Assembly: GCA_963832165.1 (NCBI GenBank) | Contig: CAWHTE010000011.1 | Span: forward strand, 352,001-416,000 | Direction: 5' to 3' | Length of the DNA: 64,000 nucleotides | DNA from: an uncultured delta proteobacterium | Lineage (GTDB): Bacteria; Myxococcota_A; UBA9160; SMWR01 | Shown: positions 49,691-60,226 of the stretch, in pieces | Position numbering within the stretch: position 1 is the first letter of the stretch | How the letters are laid out: each line of letters begins with the position of its first letter | Program-made: the position numbers and the translations under genes | Notes under the pieces: generated by a model | Database searches by the model: none | The model's input: only the letters and a program-made list of their open reading frames with translations | What the model was told of the DNA's origin: nothing

Positions 49691-51163
49691 ATGTGGCTCG
49701 CGCTCGACGGCGACGGACCGCTCTACCGCCAGGCCTACCGCGGGCTGCGCGCGGCGATCCTCGAAGGCCGCCTCGCCCCGGGCGAGCGGCTGCCCTCGAG
49801 CCGCGTGCTCGCGCGCGAGGCGAAGCTCGCGCGCAACACCGTGCTGCAGGCCTACGAGCAGCTCGTGGCCGAGGGCTATGCGGAGTCGCGCCGCGGCGCG
49901 GGCACGTACGTCGCGGCGGAGCTGCCCGACAATCCTTCGCGCAGCGCGCCCAGTCGCGCGCGCACGGCCGCAGACGCCGCGGCGCCCGCGCTCTCCGCGT
50001 ACGGCGAACGCGCCGTGCGCTTTTTCGCGCGCGGCATCACCTGGGGCCGGCGTCGCCCCGCGCCGCGTTACGACTTCCGCTACGGCGATCCCGCCTACGA
50101 CGACTTCCCGCACGCCACGTGGTGCCGGCTGCTCGCGCGCCGCGCGCGCCGCGCGAGCGAGCGACATCTCTCGTACGGCGATCCCGGCGGCGCACCCGAG
50201 CTGCGCGAGGCGCTCGCGGCCTATCTCACGCGCGCACGCGGCGTGGTGTGCGAGCCCGACGACGTGCTCGTCGTCTACGGCACGCAGCAGGCGATCGATC
50301 TCACCGCGCGCGTGCTGATCGATCCCGGTGCGCGCGCGATCGTCGAGGAGCCGGGCTATCCCGGGATCCGCCACGCGCTCGAGATCGCGGGTGCCGAGGT
50401 GACGTCCCTCTCCGTCGACGCAGAAGGTCTGCTCGTGGACGAGCTCGCGCGCGTGCGCGCGCGCCTGCTCTGCGTGACGCCCTCGCACCAGTTTCCGACC
50501 GGCGGCGTGCTGCCGCTCGCGCGCCGGCTCGCGTTGCTCGCGTGGGCCGAGCGCGTGGGCGCGTTCGTGCTCGAAGACGACTACGACGGCGAGTTCCGCT
50601 ACGACGGCCGCCCGCTCGAGTCGCTCCAGGCGCTCGACCGCAGCGGGCGCGTGCTCTACGCGGGCACGGTCTCGAAGGTGATGTTCCCCGCGCTGCGGAT
50701 CGGCTACCTCGTGATGCCGCATTCGCTGCGCGAGGCGCTGCTCGCCGCGAAGGCGTTCGCGGACACGGGCACTCCGCAGCTCGAGCAGCGCGTGCTCGCC
50801 GACTTCATCGCGCAGGGCTTCTTCGAGCGCCATCTGCGACGCGCGCGCGTGCGCAACGGTGCGCGGCGCAAGGCGCTGCTCGCGGCGCTCGCGCGCGAGC
50901 TCGGCGATGCAGTGGAGGTGGTCGGCGCGAACGCGGGCCTGCACGTGGTGGCCTGGCTGCGCGGCGTCCTGCCGGGCGAGCTGCGCGAGCTGCGCGCGCT
51001 CGCGCTGCGGCGCGACGTCGGCATCCACCCGATCTCGCCGTTCTACGCCACGCGCCCGCGCCGGGCCGGGATCCTGCTCGGCTACGCGGCGCTCGACGAG
51101 GCCGCGATCGCGGAGGGCGTGCGCCGGCTGGGACTGGCGCTGCGCGAGCTGCGCCGCCGCTGA
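49691..51163 (+). CDS. MocR/GabR family regulator (GntR wHTH + PLP aminotransferase-like)
   Basis: GERLPSSR...RNTVLQAYEQLVAEGY, TPSHQFPTG, EDDYDGEFRY, GTVSK. Confidence 0.92.
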   Translation: MWLALDGDGPLYRQAYRGLRAAILEGRLAPGERLPSSRVLAREAKLARNTVLQAYEQLVAEGYAESRRGAGTYVAAELPDNPSRSAPSRARTAADAAAPALSAYGERAVRFFARGITWGRRRPAPRYDFRYGDPAYDDFPHATWCRLLARRARRASERHLSYGDPGGAPELREALAAYLTRARGVVCEPDDVLVVYGTQQAIDLTARVLIDPGARAIVEEPGYPGIRHALEIAGAEVTSLSVDAEGLLVDELARVRARLLCVTPSHQFPTGGVLPLARRLALLAWAERVGAFVLEDDYDGEFRYDGRPLESLQALDRSGRVLYAGTVSKVMFPALRIGYLVMPHSLREALLAAKAFADTGTPQLEQRVLADFIAQGFFERHLRRARVRNGARRKALLAALARELGDAVEVVGANAGLHVVAWLRGVLPGELRELRALALRRDVGIHPISPFYATRPRRAGILLGYAALDEAAIAEGVRRLGLALRELRRR

Positions 51164-51177
51164 CCCCCTCGGGGGGT
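51164..51177 (+). terminator. Short GC hairpin after the MocR stop, possible terminator
   Basis: CCCCC-TCG-GGGGG directly after TGA; U-tract weak. Confidence 0.3.
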
Positions 51178-51287
51178 TCCCGGCGCCGACGTATCAAGAT
51201 TTCTGGGGCATTTCGACACTTCAGCTCCGCGCTTGCCACTCAGTTACGAAGTTCCTGGGGAGGGTTCGCTGGAAGGAAGCGGACCCA

Positions 51288-51926
51288 ATGCTCTCGCAGT
51301 GCAGATCTGTTGTTGCCGCGGCATTTGCAAGCCTTCTCTTGTTCGTGGGGGGCGGCGCAGGCGCCGCGACGATCGACATCCTCACGACGCCATTCACGGG
51401 CACCGACGCAGCGGTGCGCATCACGCTCACGGAGCAGGGCGACGACATCCTCGTCACCGCCACCGTCGAGCAGGGTATCGGCGACCTGCGCGGGATCTTC
51501 CTCGACTTCGTCGACGACTCGGTTCTCGAGGGGCTCTCCGTGACCGGCGACGACGTCACCGGCTTCGACACGGGCAACGTGATCGACGTCGGGCAGGGCG
51601 CCAACGTGCACGGTGGTGGAACCCCGTGCCCGTGCGACCTCGGCGTCGAGATCGGAACGCCGGGCATCGGCAAGGACGACTTCCTCTCCACCTCGTTCGT
51701 GATCTCGCACGAGACCCTGGGACTCACGCTCGGGTATTTCTCGGAGCAGTCGGTCGCCGTGCGCATGACGAGCGTGGGACCGGACGAGTTCAGCCGCGGT
51801 GGATCGTCCAAGCTGTCCGGACAGTTCCCGGAGAATACGATCCCGATCCCCGAGCCCACGACGGCCCTGCTGTTCGCGCTGGGCCTGGGCTCGCTCGGCT
51901 TCGCGAGGGGGCGTAGGGCGGATTAG
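51288..51926 (+). CDS. PEP-CTERM sorting-domain exported protein
   Basis: Signal peptide; IPEPTTALLFALGLGSLGFARGRR. Confidence 0.82.
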   Translation: MLSQCRSVVAAAFASLLLFVGGGAGAATIDILTTPFTGTDAAVRITLTEQGDDILVTATVEQGIGDLRGIFLDFVDDSVLEGLSVTGDDVTGFDTGNVIDVGQGANVHGGGTPCPCDLGVEIGTPGIGKDDFLSTSFVISHETLGLTLGYFSEQSVAVRMTSVGPDEFSRGGSSKLSGQFPENTIPIPEPTTALLFALGLGSLGFARGRRAD

Positions 51927-51946
51927 CCCGAAGGGCGTAATCCGCC
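51913..51946 (+). repeat. GTAG REP variant
   Basis: GTAG-GGCGGATTAGCCC-GAA-GGGCGTAATCCGCC. Confidence 0.75.
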
Positions 51947-51965
51947 GCTTCCAAATCCGCCGCGT

Positions 51966-52733
51966 TCAGAGCAGCCGGCCGCCGTCCATCACGAGCGTCT
52001 GACCCGTCACGAACGACGACGCGGCGCTCGCGAGGTAGACGACGGCGCCGGCCATCTCATCGGGCTCGGCGATCCGGTGCAGCGCGGCCGAGTCTTCGGA
52101 CGCCTTGCGGAACTTCGGATCGTCCCAGAGCGCGCGCGCGAACTCGGTCTTCACGAGCCCGGGCGCGATGCAGTTGACGCGGATGCCGTCCTTCCCCCAG
52201 GTCTTCGCCTGTACCTGGGTCAGCATGATCACGGCGGCCTTCGACACCGAGTAGCCGCCGATCACGTCGCTCGCGGCGAAGCCGCCAACCGAGCTCACGT
52301 TGATGATCGAGCCGCCCTGGCCGTGCACGAGCATCGCCTCGCGCGCGAAGTTCGAGAGGAAGTGGATCGACTTCACGTTCGTGGACATGATCGCGTCGAA
52401 CGCGCGCTCGTCGAGCTCCTGCACGGGGCCGTAGACGGGATTGGTTCCGGCGTTGTTGACGAGGATGTCGACGCGGCCGAGCTCCGCGCTCGTCTGGTCG
52501 ACGAGTGCGCGCAGCTCGTCGGTGCGCCGCACGTTGGTCGGCACGGCGATCGCGCGCCGCCCGGTCGCCTGCACCGCCGCGACCGACTCCGCGAGCGCGT
52601 CGGGCTTGCGCGCGGCGATCGCGACGTCGGCGCCGTGTTCAGCGAGCGCGATCGCGATCGAGCGGCCGATGCCACGGCTGCCGCCCGTCACGATCGCGAC
52701 CTTACCCGCGAGCGAGAAATCGGCGATGGGCAT
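51966..52733 (-). CDS. SDR family oxidoreductase
   Basis: TGGSRGIG, NNAGTNP, YSVSK. Confidence 0.92.
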   Translation of the reverse strand: MPIADFSLAGKVAIVTGGSRGIGRSIAIALAEHGADVAIAARKPDALAESVAAVQATGRRAIAVPTNVRRTDELRALVDQTSAELGRVDILVNNAGTNPVYGPVQELDERAFDAIMSTNVKSIHFLSNFAREAMLVHGQGGSIINVSSVGGFAASDVIGGYSVSKAAVIMLTQVQAKTWGKDGIRVNCIAPGLVKTEFARALWDDPKFRKASEDSAALHRIAEPDEMAGAVVYLASAASSFVTGQTLVMDGGRLL

Positions 52734-52749
52734 GTCGGGGAACCTCCGG

Positions 52750-53856
52750 TTAGGACGAGACTTCTCCGAGCGGGACCTCGGCGGTGTGCGTCTCGCCGTC
52801 GCGCTCGAACTCCACCTTGACCTTGTCGCCGGGCCGGAAGTCGTCGAGCACGTCGACGAGGTCGGCGAGTCGCAACACGGGCTTGTCCTGCACGCGCGTG
52901 ATCACGTCGAAACTGCGCAGGTTGCCGAGGCGGTCGACGCGCATCGAGAGCATGCCCGCCTTCGCGCCCGCCGAGTCGGGCTGCACGTCGCGCACGATCA
53001 CGCCGAGGATCCCCCACTGCGCGGCGATGTGATCCGGCAGCACCTGCACGCCGAGCCCGGCCCACTTCACGTGGCCGAACTCGATCAGCTGCGGGACCAG
53101 ACGCGCGATCGTCGCGGCGGGCACTGCGAAGCCGATGCCCGCGCTCGCGCCGCTCGTGCTGAAGATCGCGGTGGTCACGCCGATCACGCGCCCGTGCGAG
53201 TCGAGCAGGGGGCCGCCCGAATTGCCCGGATTGATCGAGGCATCGGTCTGGATCACGTCCTCGATGCGGGTGCCCGCCATCGACTCGATCTCGCGCCCGA
53301 GCGCGCTGATCACGCCCGTGGTGAGCGTCGAGTCGAGGCCGAACGGGTTGCCGATCGCGAGCACCTTCTGGCCCACGAGCAGCTGGTGCGAGTCGGCGAG
53401 CTTCACGGGCTGGAGCGGGTGATCGACCTCGATCTTGAGCACCGCGACGTCCTTGCGCGGCTCGACGCCGACGAGCTTGGCGTCGTAGGTGGTGCCGTCG
53501 AAGAGCGACACGCTGAACTTCTCGGCTCCGTGGACCACGTGGTAGTTGGTGACGATGTGGCCGCGCTCGTCCCAGATGAAGCCCGAGCCCGCGCCCCGCG
53601 GCGTCTCCTCGGGCTGAAACAGGAAGGCGCCGCGCGAGACCTTCGCATTGGCGACGTAGACGACCGACGGCGAGACCAGCCGGAACACTTCGATCGTATT
53701 GCGCTCGAACTCGAGCAGGTCGCCCGGAATCGGCGTCGGCTGCGCGACTCTCGGATCGCTGCCCGCGGGCTCCCCACAGTCCGCCGCGCACACCGCCGCG
53801 GCGAGCAGCGCGCACGAGAGCGCGCGGCGTGTGGACGGCGATCCGGCTGCGATCAC
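52750..53856 (-). CDS. HtrA/Deg-type trypsin-like serine protease with PDZ domain
   Basis: GSGFIW, TNYHVV, DVAVL, IQTDASINPGNSGGPL; GTG start after GGAGG. Confidence 0.9.
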   Translation of the reverse strand: MIAAGSPSTRRALSCALLAAAVCAADCGEPAGSDPRVAQPTPIPGDLLEFERNTIEVFRLVSPSVVYVANAKVSRGAFLFQPEETPRGAGSGFIWDERGHIVTNYHVVHGAEKFSVSLFDGTTYDAKLVGVEPRKDVAVLKIEVDHPLQPVKLADSHQLLVGQKVLAIGNPFGLDSTLTTGVISALGREIESMAGTRIEDVIQTDASINPGNSGGPLLDSHGRVIGVTTAIFSTSGASAGIGFAVPAATIARLVPQLIEFGHVKWAGLGVQVLPDHIAAQWGILGVIVRDVQPDSAGAKAGMLSMRVDRLGNLRSFDVITRVQDKPVLRLADLVDVLDDFRPGDKVKVEFERDGETHTAEVPLGEVSS

Positions 53857-53927
53857 GGGGCCTCCGATCGGGCCGCCAAAGGTAGCGCCCAGCGGCGCGC
53901 GCGCGGCGAGCGGCGCATGTTCTGCGC

Positions 53928-54914
53928 ATGATGCGTGCACTGCGGATCGCGCGCGCGGGCGCACCGCTCGCGCTCGACCAGATCCCGCAGCCCGAGCCCG
54001 GACCCGGCGAGCTGCGCCTGCGCGTCGGCGCGTGTGGGGTGTGCCGGACCGATCTCCATCTGCTCGACGGCGAGCTGCCGGGCGCCGCGGAGCCGATCAC
54101 GCCGGGGCACCAGATCGTGGGTCGCGTCGAGGCGCTCGGACCCGGCGCCGAGCGCTTCGCGATCGGCGATCGGGTCGGCGTGCCGTGGCTCGGTGCCACC
54201 TGCGGCGCGTGCCGCTTCTGCGCGAGCGACCGCGAGAACCTCTGCGATGCGGCCGTGTTCACGGGCTACGGGCGCGACGGCGGCTACGCCGAGTACGCCG
54301 TGGCCGACGCGCGCTTCTGTGTTCCGATTCCCGACTCGCTCGACGACGTCGCTGCGGCGCCGCTGCTGTGCGCGGGTGCGATCGGATACCGCTGCCTGCG
54401 CATGGCGGGCGATGCCGCGACGCTGGGCTTCTACGGCTTCGGCGCTGCAGCGCATCTCGCGATCCAGGTAGCGCGTCACTGGGGGCAGCGCGTCTTCGCG
54501 TTCACGCGCCCGGGCGATCTCGAGGCGCAGCAGTTCGCGCGCGAGCTCGGCGCGGAGTGGGCCGGGCCCTCCGACGAGCTGCCGCCCGAGCCGCTCGACG
54601 CGGCGATCCTGTTCGCTCCCGTCGGTGCGCTCGTGCCCGCGGCGCTGCGAGCCGTGGACAAAGGCGGGGCCGTGATCTGCGGCGGGATCCACATGAGCGA
54701 GATTCCCGCTTTTCCGTATCGGATCCTCTGGGAAGAGCGCGTGTTGCGCTCGGTCGCGAATCTCACGAGACGCGACGCGAGCGAGTTTCTCGCGCTCGCG
54801 CCGCAGATCCCGGTGCGGACGCAGACGCAGGTGTTTGCGCTGGAAGACGGCGCGCAGGCGCTCGCGCAGCTGCGCGCGGGCCGGCTGCGAGGCTCCGCGG
54901 TGATCGTGCCCTGA
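53928..54914 (+). CDS. Zinc-binding alcohol dehydrogenase family protein
   Basis: GVCRTDLH, PGHQIVG, CGACRFC...NLC, GFGAAA. Confidence 0.9.
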   Translation: MMRALRIARAGAPLALDQIPQPEPGPGELRLRVGACGVCRTDLHLLDGELPGAAEPITPGHQIVGRVEALGPGAERFAIGDRVGVPWLGATCGACRFCASDRENLCDAAVFTGYGRDGGYAEYAVADARFCVPIPDSLDDVAAAPLLCAGAIGYRCLRMAGDAATLGFYGFGAAAHLAIQVARHWGQRVFAFTRPGDLEAQQFARELGAEWAGPSDELPPEPLDAAILFAPVGALVPAALRAVDKGGAVICGGIHMSEIPAFPYRILWEERVLRSVANLTRRDASEFLALAPQIPVRTQTQVFALEDGAQALAQLRAGRLRGSAVIVP

Positions 54915-55030
54915 CCGCGGGTCAAACGCGGTTCTGCGCGCCTGGGGATCGTGCTTCCCGCATTCCGTGAACCCGTTGTACCCTGTTGCCGCCCGGCCCC
55001 CCCCTCCGCCAAAGCCGCGTCGGAGCGACG

Positions 55031-57061
55031 ATGAACACCCCCCTCACACCCGCCCTGCGGGAGCGCGTCGAGCACACGATCCGTTTCCTCGCCGTGGATG
55101 CGGTGCAGCGCGCGAACTCGGGTCATCCCGGTGCGCCGATGGGTCTCGCGCGGCCGGTGTTCCAGCTCTGGGACAGTCACCTGCGCTTCGATCCGAGCGA
55201 TCCCGACTGGCCGCTGCGCGACCGCTTCCTGCTCTCGAACGGCCACGCTTCGATGCTCTTGTACTCGCTGCTCCATCTCTACGAGTACGCGGTATCGCTC
55301 GACGACCTCGCGAGCTTCCGACAGCTCCACTCGAAGACGCCGGGTCATCCCGAGCGCGGCGATACGCCCGGCATCGAGGTCACGACGGGTCCGCTCGGGC
55401 AGGGCTTCGCGAACGGCGTCGGGATGGCGCTTGCGGCCCGCGCCACGCGCGCGCGCTTCGCGGGTGCAGACGGCGGGCCCGGCAACCACTTCGTGTACGG
55501 GGTGGTCAGCGACGGCGATCTCATGGAGGGGATCTCGGCCGAGGCGGGCTCGCTCGCGGGCCACTGGCGCCTCGGCAACCTGATCTACCTCTACGACGAC
55601 AACCAGATCACGATCGACGGCCCGACTTCGCTGTGCTTCTCGGAGGACGTGCGCGGGCGCTTCGAGGCGCAGCACTGGCACGTGCAGGAGATCGACGGCG
55701 AGGACGTGGGCGCGCTCGACACCGCGCTCGCGAGCGCGCGCGCGGAGACCGAGCGGCCCTCGATGATCATCACGCGCACCGTGATCGGGCGCGGCAGCGC
55801 GGTGGCGGGACAATCGAAGGCGCACGGATCGCCGCTCGGCGCCGACAACGCGCGCGACGCGAAGGCCCGGGTCGGCTGGCCCGAGCGCGAGCTCTATGTG
55901 CCCGACGACGTCCGCGCCTACTTCGTGGAGCGCGCCGCGCAGAAGCGGGCCGATCGCCGCGAGCGCGACGCTCGACTCGCGAGCTGGCGGACCGCACAGC
56001 CCGCCGCGGCCACCGCGTGGGATGCCGCGCGCACGCGCCGCGTCCCGGACGATCTCGACGCGCGGCTCACCGACGGTCGCGAGAGCGTGGCCGACGCCAC
56101 GCGCAACCACGGCGCGGTGATGCTGGAGCGGCTCGCCGAGGCGACGCCCTATCTGATCGGCGGCTCCGCCGATCTGGCGGGCTCCAACGCCCCCCCGATC
56201 CTCAAGGGGAAGGGCACGCTCGGCGACACCTCGAGCGGCGCCGACTTCTACGCGGGTACCAACATCCACTTCGGCGTGCGCGAGCACGCGATGGGTGCGA
56301 TCACGAACGGAATCGCACTCGACGGCACGCTGCGGCCCTACTGCGGCACGTTCCTGATCTTCAGCGACTATCTGCGTCCGTCGCTGCGGCTCGCTGCGCT
56401 CATGCGCGTGCCGTCGCTGTTCGTGTTCACGCACGACAGCATCTATCTCGGCGAGGACGGTCCCACGCACCAGCCGATCGAGCACCTCGACGCGCTGCGC
56501 GCGATTCCGAACGTGCACCTGTTCCGGCCCGCCGACGGCCTCGAAACGGCCGCGGCGTACGCGTGGATCGCGCGACACACGGCCGGCCCGTCGGTCCTGG
56601 CGCTATCGCGCCAGAAGCTGCCCGCGCTCCCGCGCGCGCGCGCGTTCGCCGTCGCCGACGTGGCTCGCGGCGCCTACGCGGTGCGCGACCCCGAGAACCC
56701 GAAGGTCGTGCTCGTGGCGAGCGGATCCGAGGTATCGCTCGCGTGCGACGCTGCGGAGAAGCTGCACGCCGAGAACGTGCCCGCCCGTGTGGTGTCGCTG
56801 CCGTGTCTCGAGCTGTTCAACGCGCAGCCCAAAGCGTGGCGCGACGCGCTGATTCCGGCGCAGTCGCTGCCCGTGGTGGCGATCGAGGCCGCGCGCGGCC
56901 AGAGCCTGCGCGGGCTGGTCGGGGATCGCGGGCTCGTCTACGGGATCGACCGCTTCGGTGCGTCGGCTCCCTACACCGACCTCGCGGAGTTCTTCGGGTA
57001 TACGCCCGACCGCGTGTGTGCGCGCGTGCTCGAGCATCTGCGCTCGACGGACAAGGAATAG
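55031..57061 (+). CDS. tkt: Transketolase
   Basis: [53 protein letters not shown]. Confidence 0.95.
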   Translation: MNTPLTPALRERVEHTIRFLAVDAVQRANSGHPGAPMGLARPVFQLWDSHLRFDPSDPDWPLRDRFLLSNGHASMLLYSLLHLYEYAVSLDDLASFRQLHSKTPGHPERGDTPGIEVTTGPLGQGFANGVGMALAARATRARFAGADGGPGNHFVYGVVSDGDLMEGISAEAGSLAGHWRLGNLIYLYDDNQITIDGPTSLCFSEDVRGRFEAQHWHVQEIDGEDVGALDTALASARAETERPSMIITRTVIGRGSAVAGQSKAHGSPLGADNARDAKARVGWPERELYVPDDVRAYFVERAAQKRADRRERDARLASWRTAQPAAATAWDAARTRRVPDDLDARLTDGRESVADATRNHGAVMLERLAEATPYLIGGSADLAGSNAPPILKGKGTLGDTSSGADFYAGTNIHFGVREHAMGAITNGIALDGTLRPYCGTFLIFSDYLRPSLRLAALMRVPSLFVFTHDSIYLGEDGPTHQPIEHLDALRAIPNVHLFRPADGLETAAAYAWIARHTAGPSVLALSRQKLPALPRARAFAVADVARGAYAVRDPENPKVVLVASGSEVSLACDAAEKLHAENVPARVVSLPCLELFNAQPKAWRDALIPAQSLPVVAIEAARGQSLRGLVGDRGLVYGIDRFGASAPYTDLAEFFGYTPDRVCARVLEHLRSTDKE

Positions 57062-57071
57062 CTGGGACGGG

Positions 57072-57419
57072 ATGGAGCCCGGGGGGGTGCCAGAATGTTG
57101 TCGATGTCGCCGATTGCGAGTTGCGGGCTACACGGGGGTCGCCCTCGTGGTGCTCGCGTGGCTGTTCGTTTCGTTCACGGATCCGAGCCCGAAGCGCACC
57201 GTCGTCGAATGGTTTGGCGCGTGCGGTCTCTATCTCGCGCTCGTGAGCCTGTTCACGAACCTCTCGCTGCGCGCGCAGGAATCGGGCAGCACGGCGGGGC
57301 TCGTCGCATTCGGCTTCCTGCTCGCGCTGTTCGGCAGCGGACTCGTGGTGAGCCTCGTGCAGACGCTGCTCGCGTTCCGCGCACCGAGCGGCCGCGCTTC
57401 CGCAGACGCGACGCACTAG
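57072..57419 (+). CDS. Hypothetical three-TM membrane protein
   Basis: Three hydrophobic segments; fills the gap between tkt and the GTPase. Confidence 0.5.
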   Translation: MEPGGVPECCRCRRLRVAGYTGVALVVLAWLFVSFTDPSPKRTVVEWFGACGLYLALVSLFTNLSLRAQESGSTAGLVAFGFLLALFGSGLVVSLVQTLLAFRAPSGRASADATH

Positions 57420-58760
57420 CCAGCGGTCCGGATCACCACCTTCGCGACGCCCTTCACGTTCGCGCACGCGATCGGATCCGGAGAGGCCTCCTGGGGGATC
57501 AAGAGGCGGAACGGGCCGCCTTGATCCGGTGGAAGCGGCGCGTCCGCGAGGCTGTGGAGCAGGACGCCCTGCCGCAGCACCGACAGCGCGACCGGCTCGC
57601 TCGCGAAGCCGTCGCCGGCCACGATCACGGCGCTGCCCGCGTCGGGAATGGCCAGCGCCTCGAATAGCGGATCGAGGCGCGCGGCGGCGCCGCTGCGTTT
57701 GGGGAAGTGCGCCGAGACGTCGGCGATGCCGCCGGGCAGCCCGACGAGCTCGGCGCGGTCGACGAGATGGACGCGCCCGTCCGGAAGAACGAACTCGATC
57801 CGGTTGGGATCGCGGTGGAGCTCCTCGTCGCGCAGCACGGCACCGGAGAGCTGGCTGTCGATCCGATCGAGCATCGCTTCCACGCCGCGCACGATCGCGT
57901 CGCAGCGGCTGTCGCGGCGGAACGAGGTGAGGCGGTCGTGCAGCACGCCGCCCGCGATCTCGAGCCGGGAGACGCCTTCCTCGGTGCGGAAGATCCCCTT
58001 GAAGCGCGCGACGGCCGGGTCGGCGGCGAGCGCGCCGAGCGCATCGCGCAGGCGCTGACCCGAGAACACGACCTCGGGCGACCAGCGCCACGAGCGCGCG
58101 TGGTGCCCCTCGGTCGAAGGGGCATCGTGGTGACGTGGAGTGGCTCGCGGTGCCGCTCGCTGCGCGGACCTTCGCCGGCGGCCAATCGAGCAGGGCTCTG
58201 CGGCAGCATGCCGTGCTGCGTGTCGGAGCACGGCAAGCGGCGCGGGCCAGAGCTCCGCGGCATAGCGATCGAACGCGGCGAGCTCGGCCTCGCTCGCGAG
58301 ATCGGTGCGATTGGCGACGAGCACGTCCGCGACCTGGGCCTGTTCGCGCAGCAGCGCGGACGACTCGTCGGCCGCGAGCTGGTGCGGGTCCACGAGCACG
58401 ACGACGGGCGCGATCTCGAGCGCCTCGCCGTGCGGACAGCGCCGGATCGTGTCGATCAGGTCCTGGGGCCGCGCGAGCCCGGTGGGCTCGATCACGAGCC
58501 GGTCCGGCCGCTGCGCGAGCACCGCGCCGAGCGCGTCGACGAAGCCCTCGGGCGCCGTGCAGCACACGCAGCCGCCCGGGATGTTCGTGATCCGGAACGG
58601 CTCGCCCTCGGCGAGCACTTCTTCGTCGAAGGCGGCCTCGCCGAAGTCGTTCACGATCACGGCGACGCGCTCGCCCTTGCGCGCATCGAGCTGCGCGCGG
58701 ATCGCGGTCGTCTTGCCGGCTCCGAGGAAGCCCGGAAAAGATCTGGACCGGGATCCGCAT
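57416..58760 (-). CDS. CobW/COG0523 metallochaperone GTPase with extra C-terminal domain; frameshifts near 58730 and 58130-58215
   Basis: MRIPVQIFS/GFLGAGKTT (split across frames), IVNDFG, GGCVCC, IEPTGLA, NRTDL, RFKGIF. Confidence 0.8.
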
Positions 58761-59819
58761 CTAACCGCGCCGCTTGCGCACGGCCTCGGCGAGCTCGTTG
58801 AACAGCGGCTCGGTGCGCTCCCAGCTCATGCACTTGTCGGTGATGCTCTGGCCGTAGACGAGCGCGCCCTGCGCCTTCTCGTGGTTCTGGTTGCCGTCCA
58901 CGAGGAAGCTCTCGAGCATGAGGCCGAAGATCGCGCTGCTGCCGTCGGCGACCTGCTTGGCGATCTCGCTCACCACGAGCGGCTGGCGCTGGTGGTCTTT
59001 GTTGCTGTTCGCGTGGCTGCAGTCGATCATGAGGCGGCCGGGCAGACCCGCGCTCTCGAGATGCGCGACCACGCGCGCGACGTCGTCGGCGCTGTAGTTC
59101 GGCCCCGTGTCGCCGCCGCGCAGGATCACGTGGCACTCGGGGTTGCCCCGCGTCGAGACGATCGCGGCGCCGCCCTGCTTGGTCACCGACAGGAAATGGT
59201 GCGGGTGGTACGCCGAGCGGATCCCGTCGATCGCCACCTGTACACCGCCGCCGGTGCCGTTCTTGAATCCGACCGGCATCGACAGGCCCGATGCGAGCTC
59301 GCGGTGTACCTGGCTCTCGGACGTGCGCGCACCGATCGCGCCCCACGAGATCAGGTCGGCGATGAACTGCGGCGTGATCGGATCGAGGAACTCGGTGCCG
59401 GTGGGGAGACCGACCTCGAGCACGTCGAGCAGGAAGCGGCGCGCGCGGCGCAGGCCCTCGTTGATGTTGAACTTGCCGTCGAGCGTGGGGTCGTTGATCA
59501 GCCCCTTCCAGCCGACCGTGGTGCGCGGCTTCTCGAAATAGACGCGCATCACGATCAAGAGGTCGTCGCGGAAGCTCTGGCTGATGCGAGCGAGGCGCTG
59601 CGCGTAGTCGAGACCCGCGATCGGGTCGTGCACCGAGCAGGGCCCGACCACGACCAGCAGCCGGTCGTCCTGGCCCGCGAGCACCTGGCCGATCTCGCTG
59701 CGGCTCTGCCACACCAGCGTGGAGGCCTGCTCGCCGACCGGCAGCTCCTCCATCAGGATCGCGGGCGGGATCAGCGGCCGCAGCTCCTGGATTCGCAGGT
59801 CGTCGATTCGGTGCTTCAT
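58761..59819 (-). CDS. aroG: DAHP synthase, class I alpha (AroF/G/H type)
   Basis: VVVGPCSVHD, MRVYFEKPRTTVGWKG, AIGARTSESQVHR, IDCSHANS, YGQSITD. The paralogue letter is uncertain. Confidence 0.92.
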   Translation of the reverse strand: MKHRIDDLRIQELRPLIPPAILMEELPVGEQASTLVWQSRSEIGQVLAGQDDRLLVVVGPCSVHDPIAGLDYAQRLARISQSFRDDLLIVMRVYFEKPRTTVGWKGLINDPTLDGKFNINEGLRRARRFLLDVLEVGLPTGTEFLDPITPQFIADLISWGAIGARTSESQVHRELASGLSMPVGFKNGTGGGVQVAIDGIRSAYHPHHFLSVTKQGGAAIVSTRGNPECHVILRGGDTGPNYSADDVARVVAHLESAGLPGRLMIDCSHANSNKDHQRQPLVVSEIAKQVADGSSAIFGLMLESFLVDGNQNHEKAQGALVYGQSITDKCMSWERTEPLFNELAEAVRKRRG

Positions 59820-59989
59820 GGGGGGATCAAATTACCGCAAAAGCGCAATGGCCGTTCGGGTTGGGGTGTCCCGGGTGAGTTGCGCTGGAAGCGCGCCGGT
59901 GACAGTGGCAAGCTCCGGCCGCGATCGGGCCTCGGCCTGACCGCGGGCGATCGAGACCTTCGGGCGATCCGCCTACAGGGGGAATAACG

Positions 59990-60226
59990 GTGGTGGAGCG
60001 AGTGCCTGCGAGCGGATCCTGCATCCGGTGCCAGCGGTCCCTCGGGCTCGCCTCCATCAAGCGCGGGGAGGAGTGGTACGGCAGTGTCGCGTGCGCCGAA
60101 GGGCGCGACTGCCCGTTCGACACCCGCGATCCCCAGGTGGATGAGCTGGCGCTCTACAGCCGACCGCGGCGCTTCTACGCGCAGCGCGCGCCCAAGGAGC
60201 TCAACGGTACTGCGCGGAGCCGTTAG
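59990..60226 (+). CDS. Small Cys-containing putative zinc-binding protein
   Basis: CIRC...WYGSVACAEGRDC; G-rich RBS upstream. Confidence 0.55.
   Translation: MVERVPASGSCIRCQRSLGLASIKRGEEWYGSVACAEGRDCPFDTRDPQVDELALYSRPRRFYAQRAPKELNGTARSR

Noticed and set aside
48923..56578. Long antisense or alternate-frame ORFs (e.g. 48923-51028, 52441-53931, 54476-56578)
   Set aside because: They overlap well-supported genes and lack motifs, as expected from stop-codon scarcity at high GC. Only the GST portion of the first is real.
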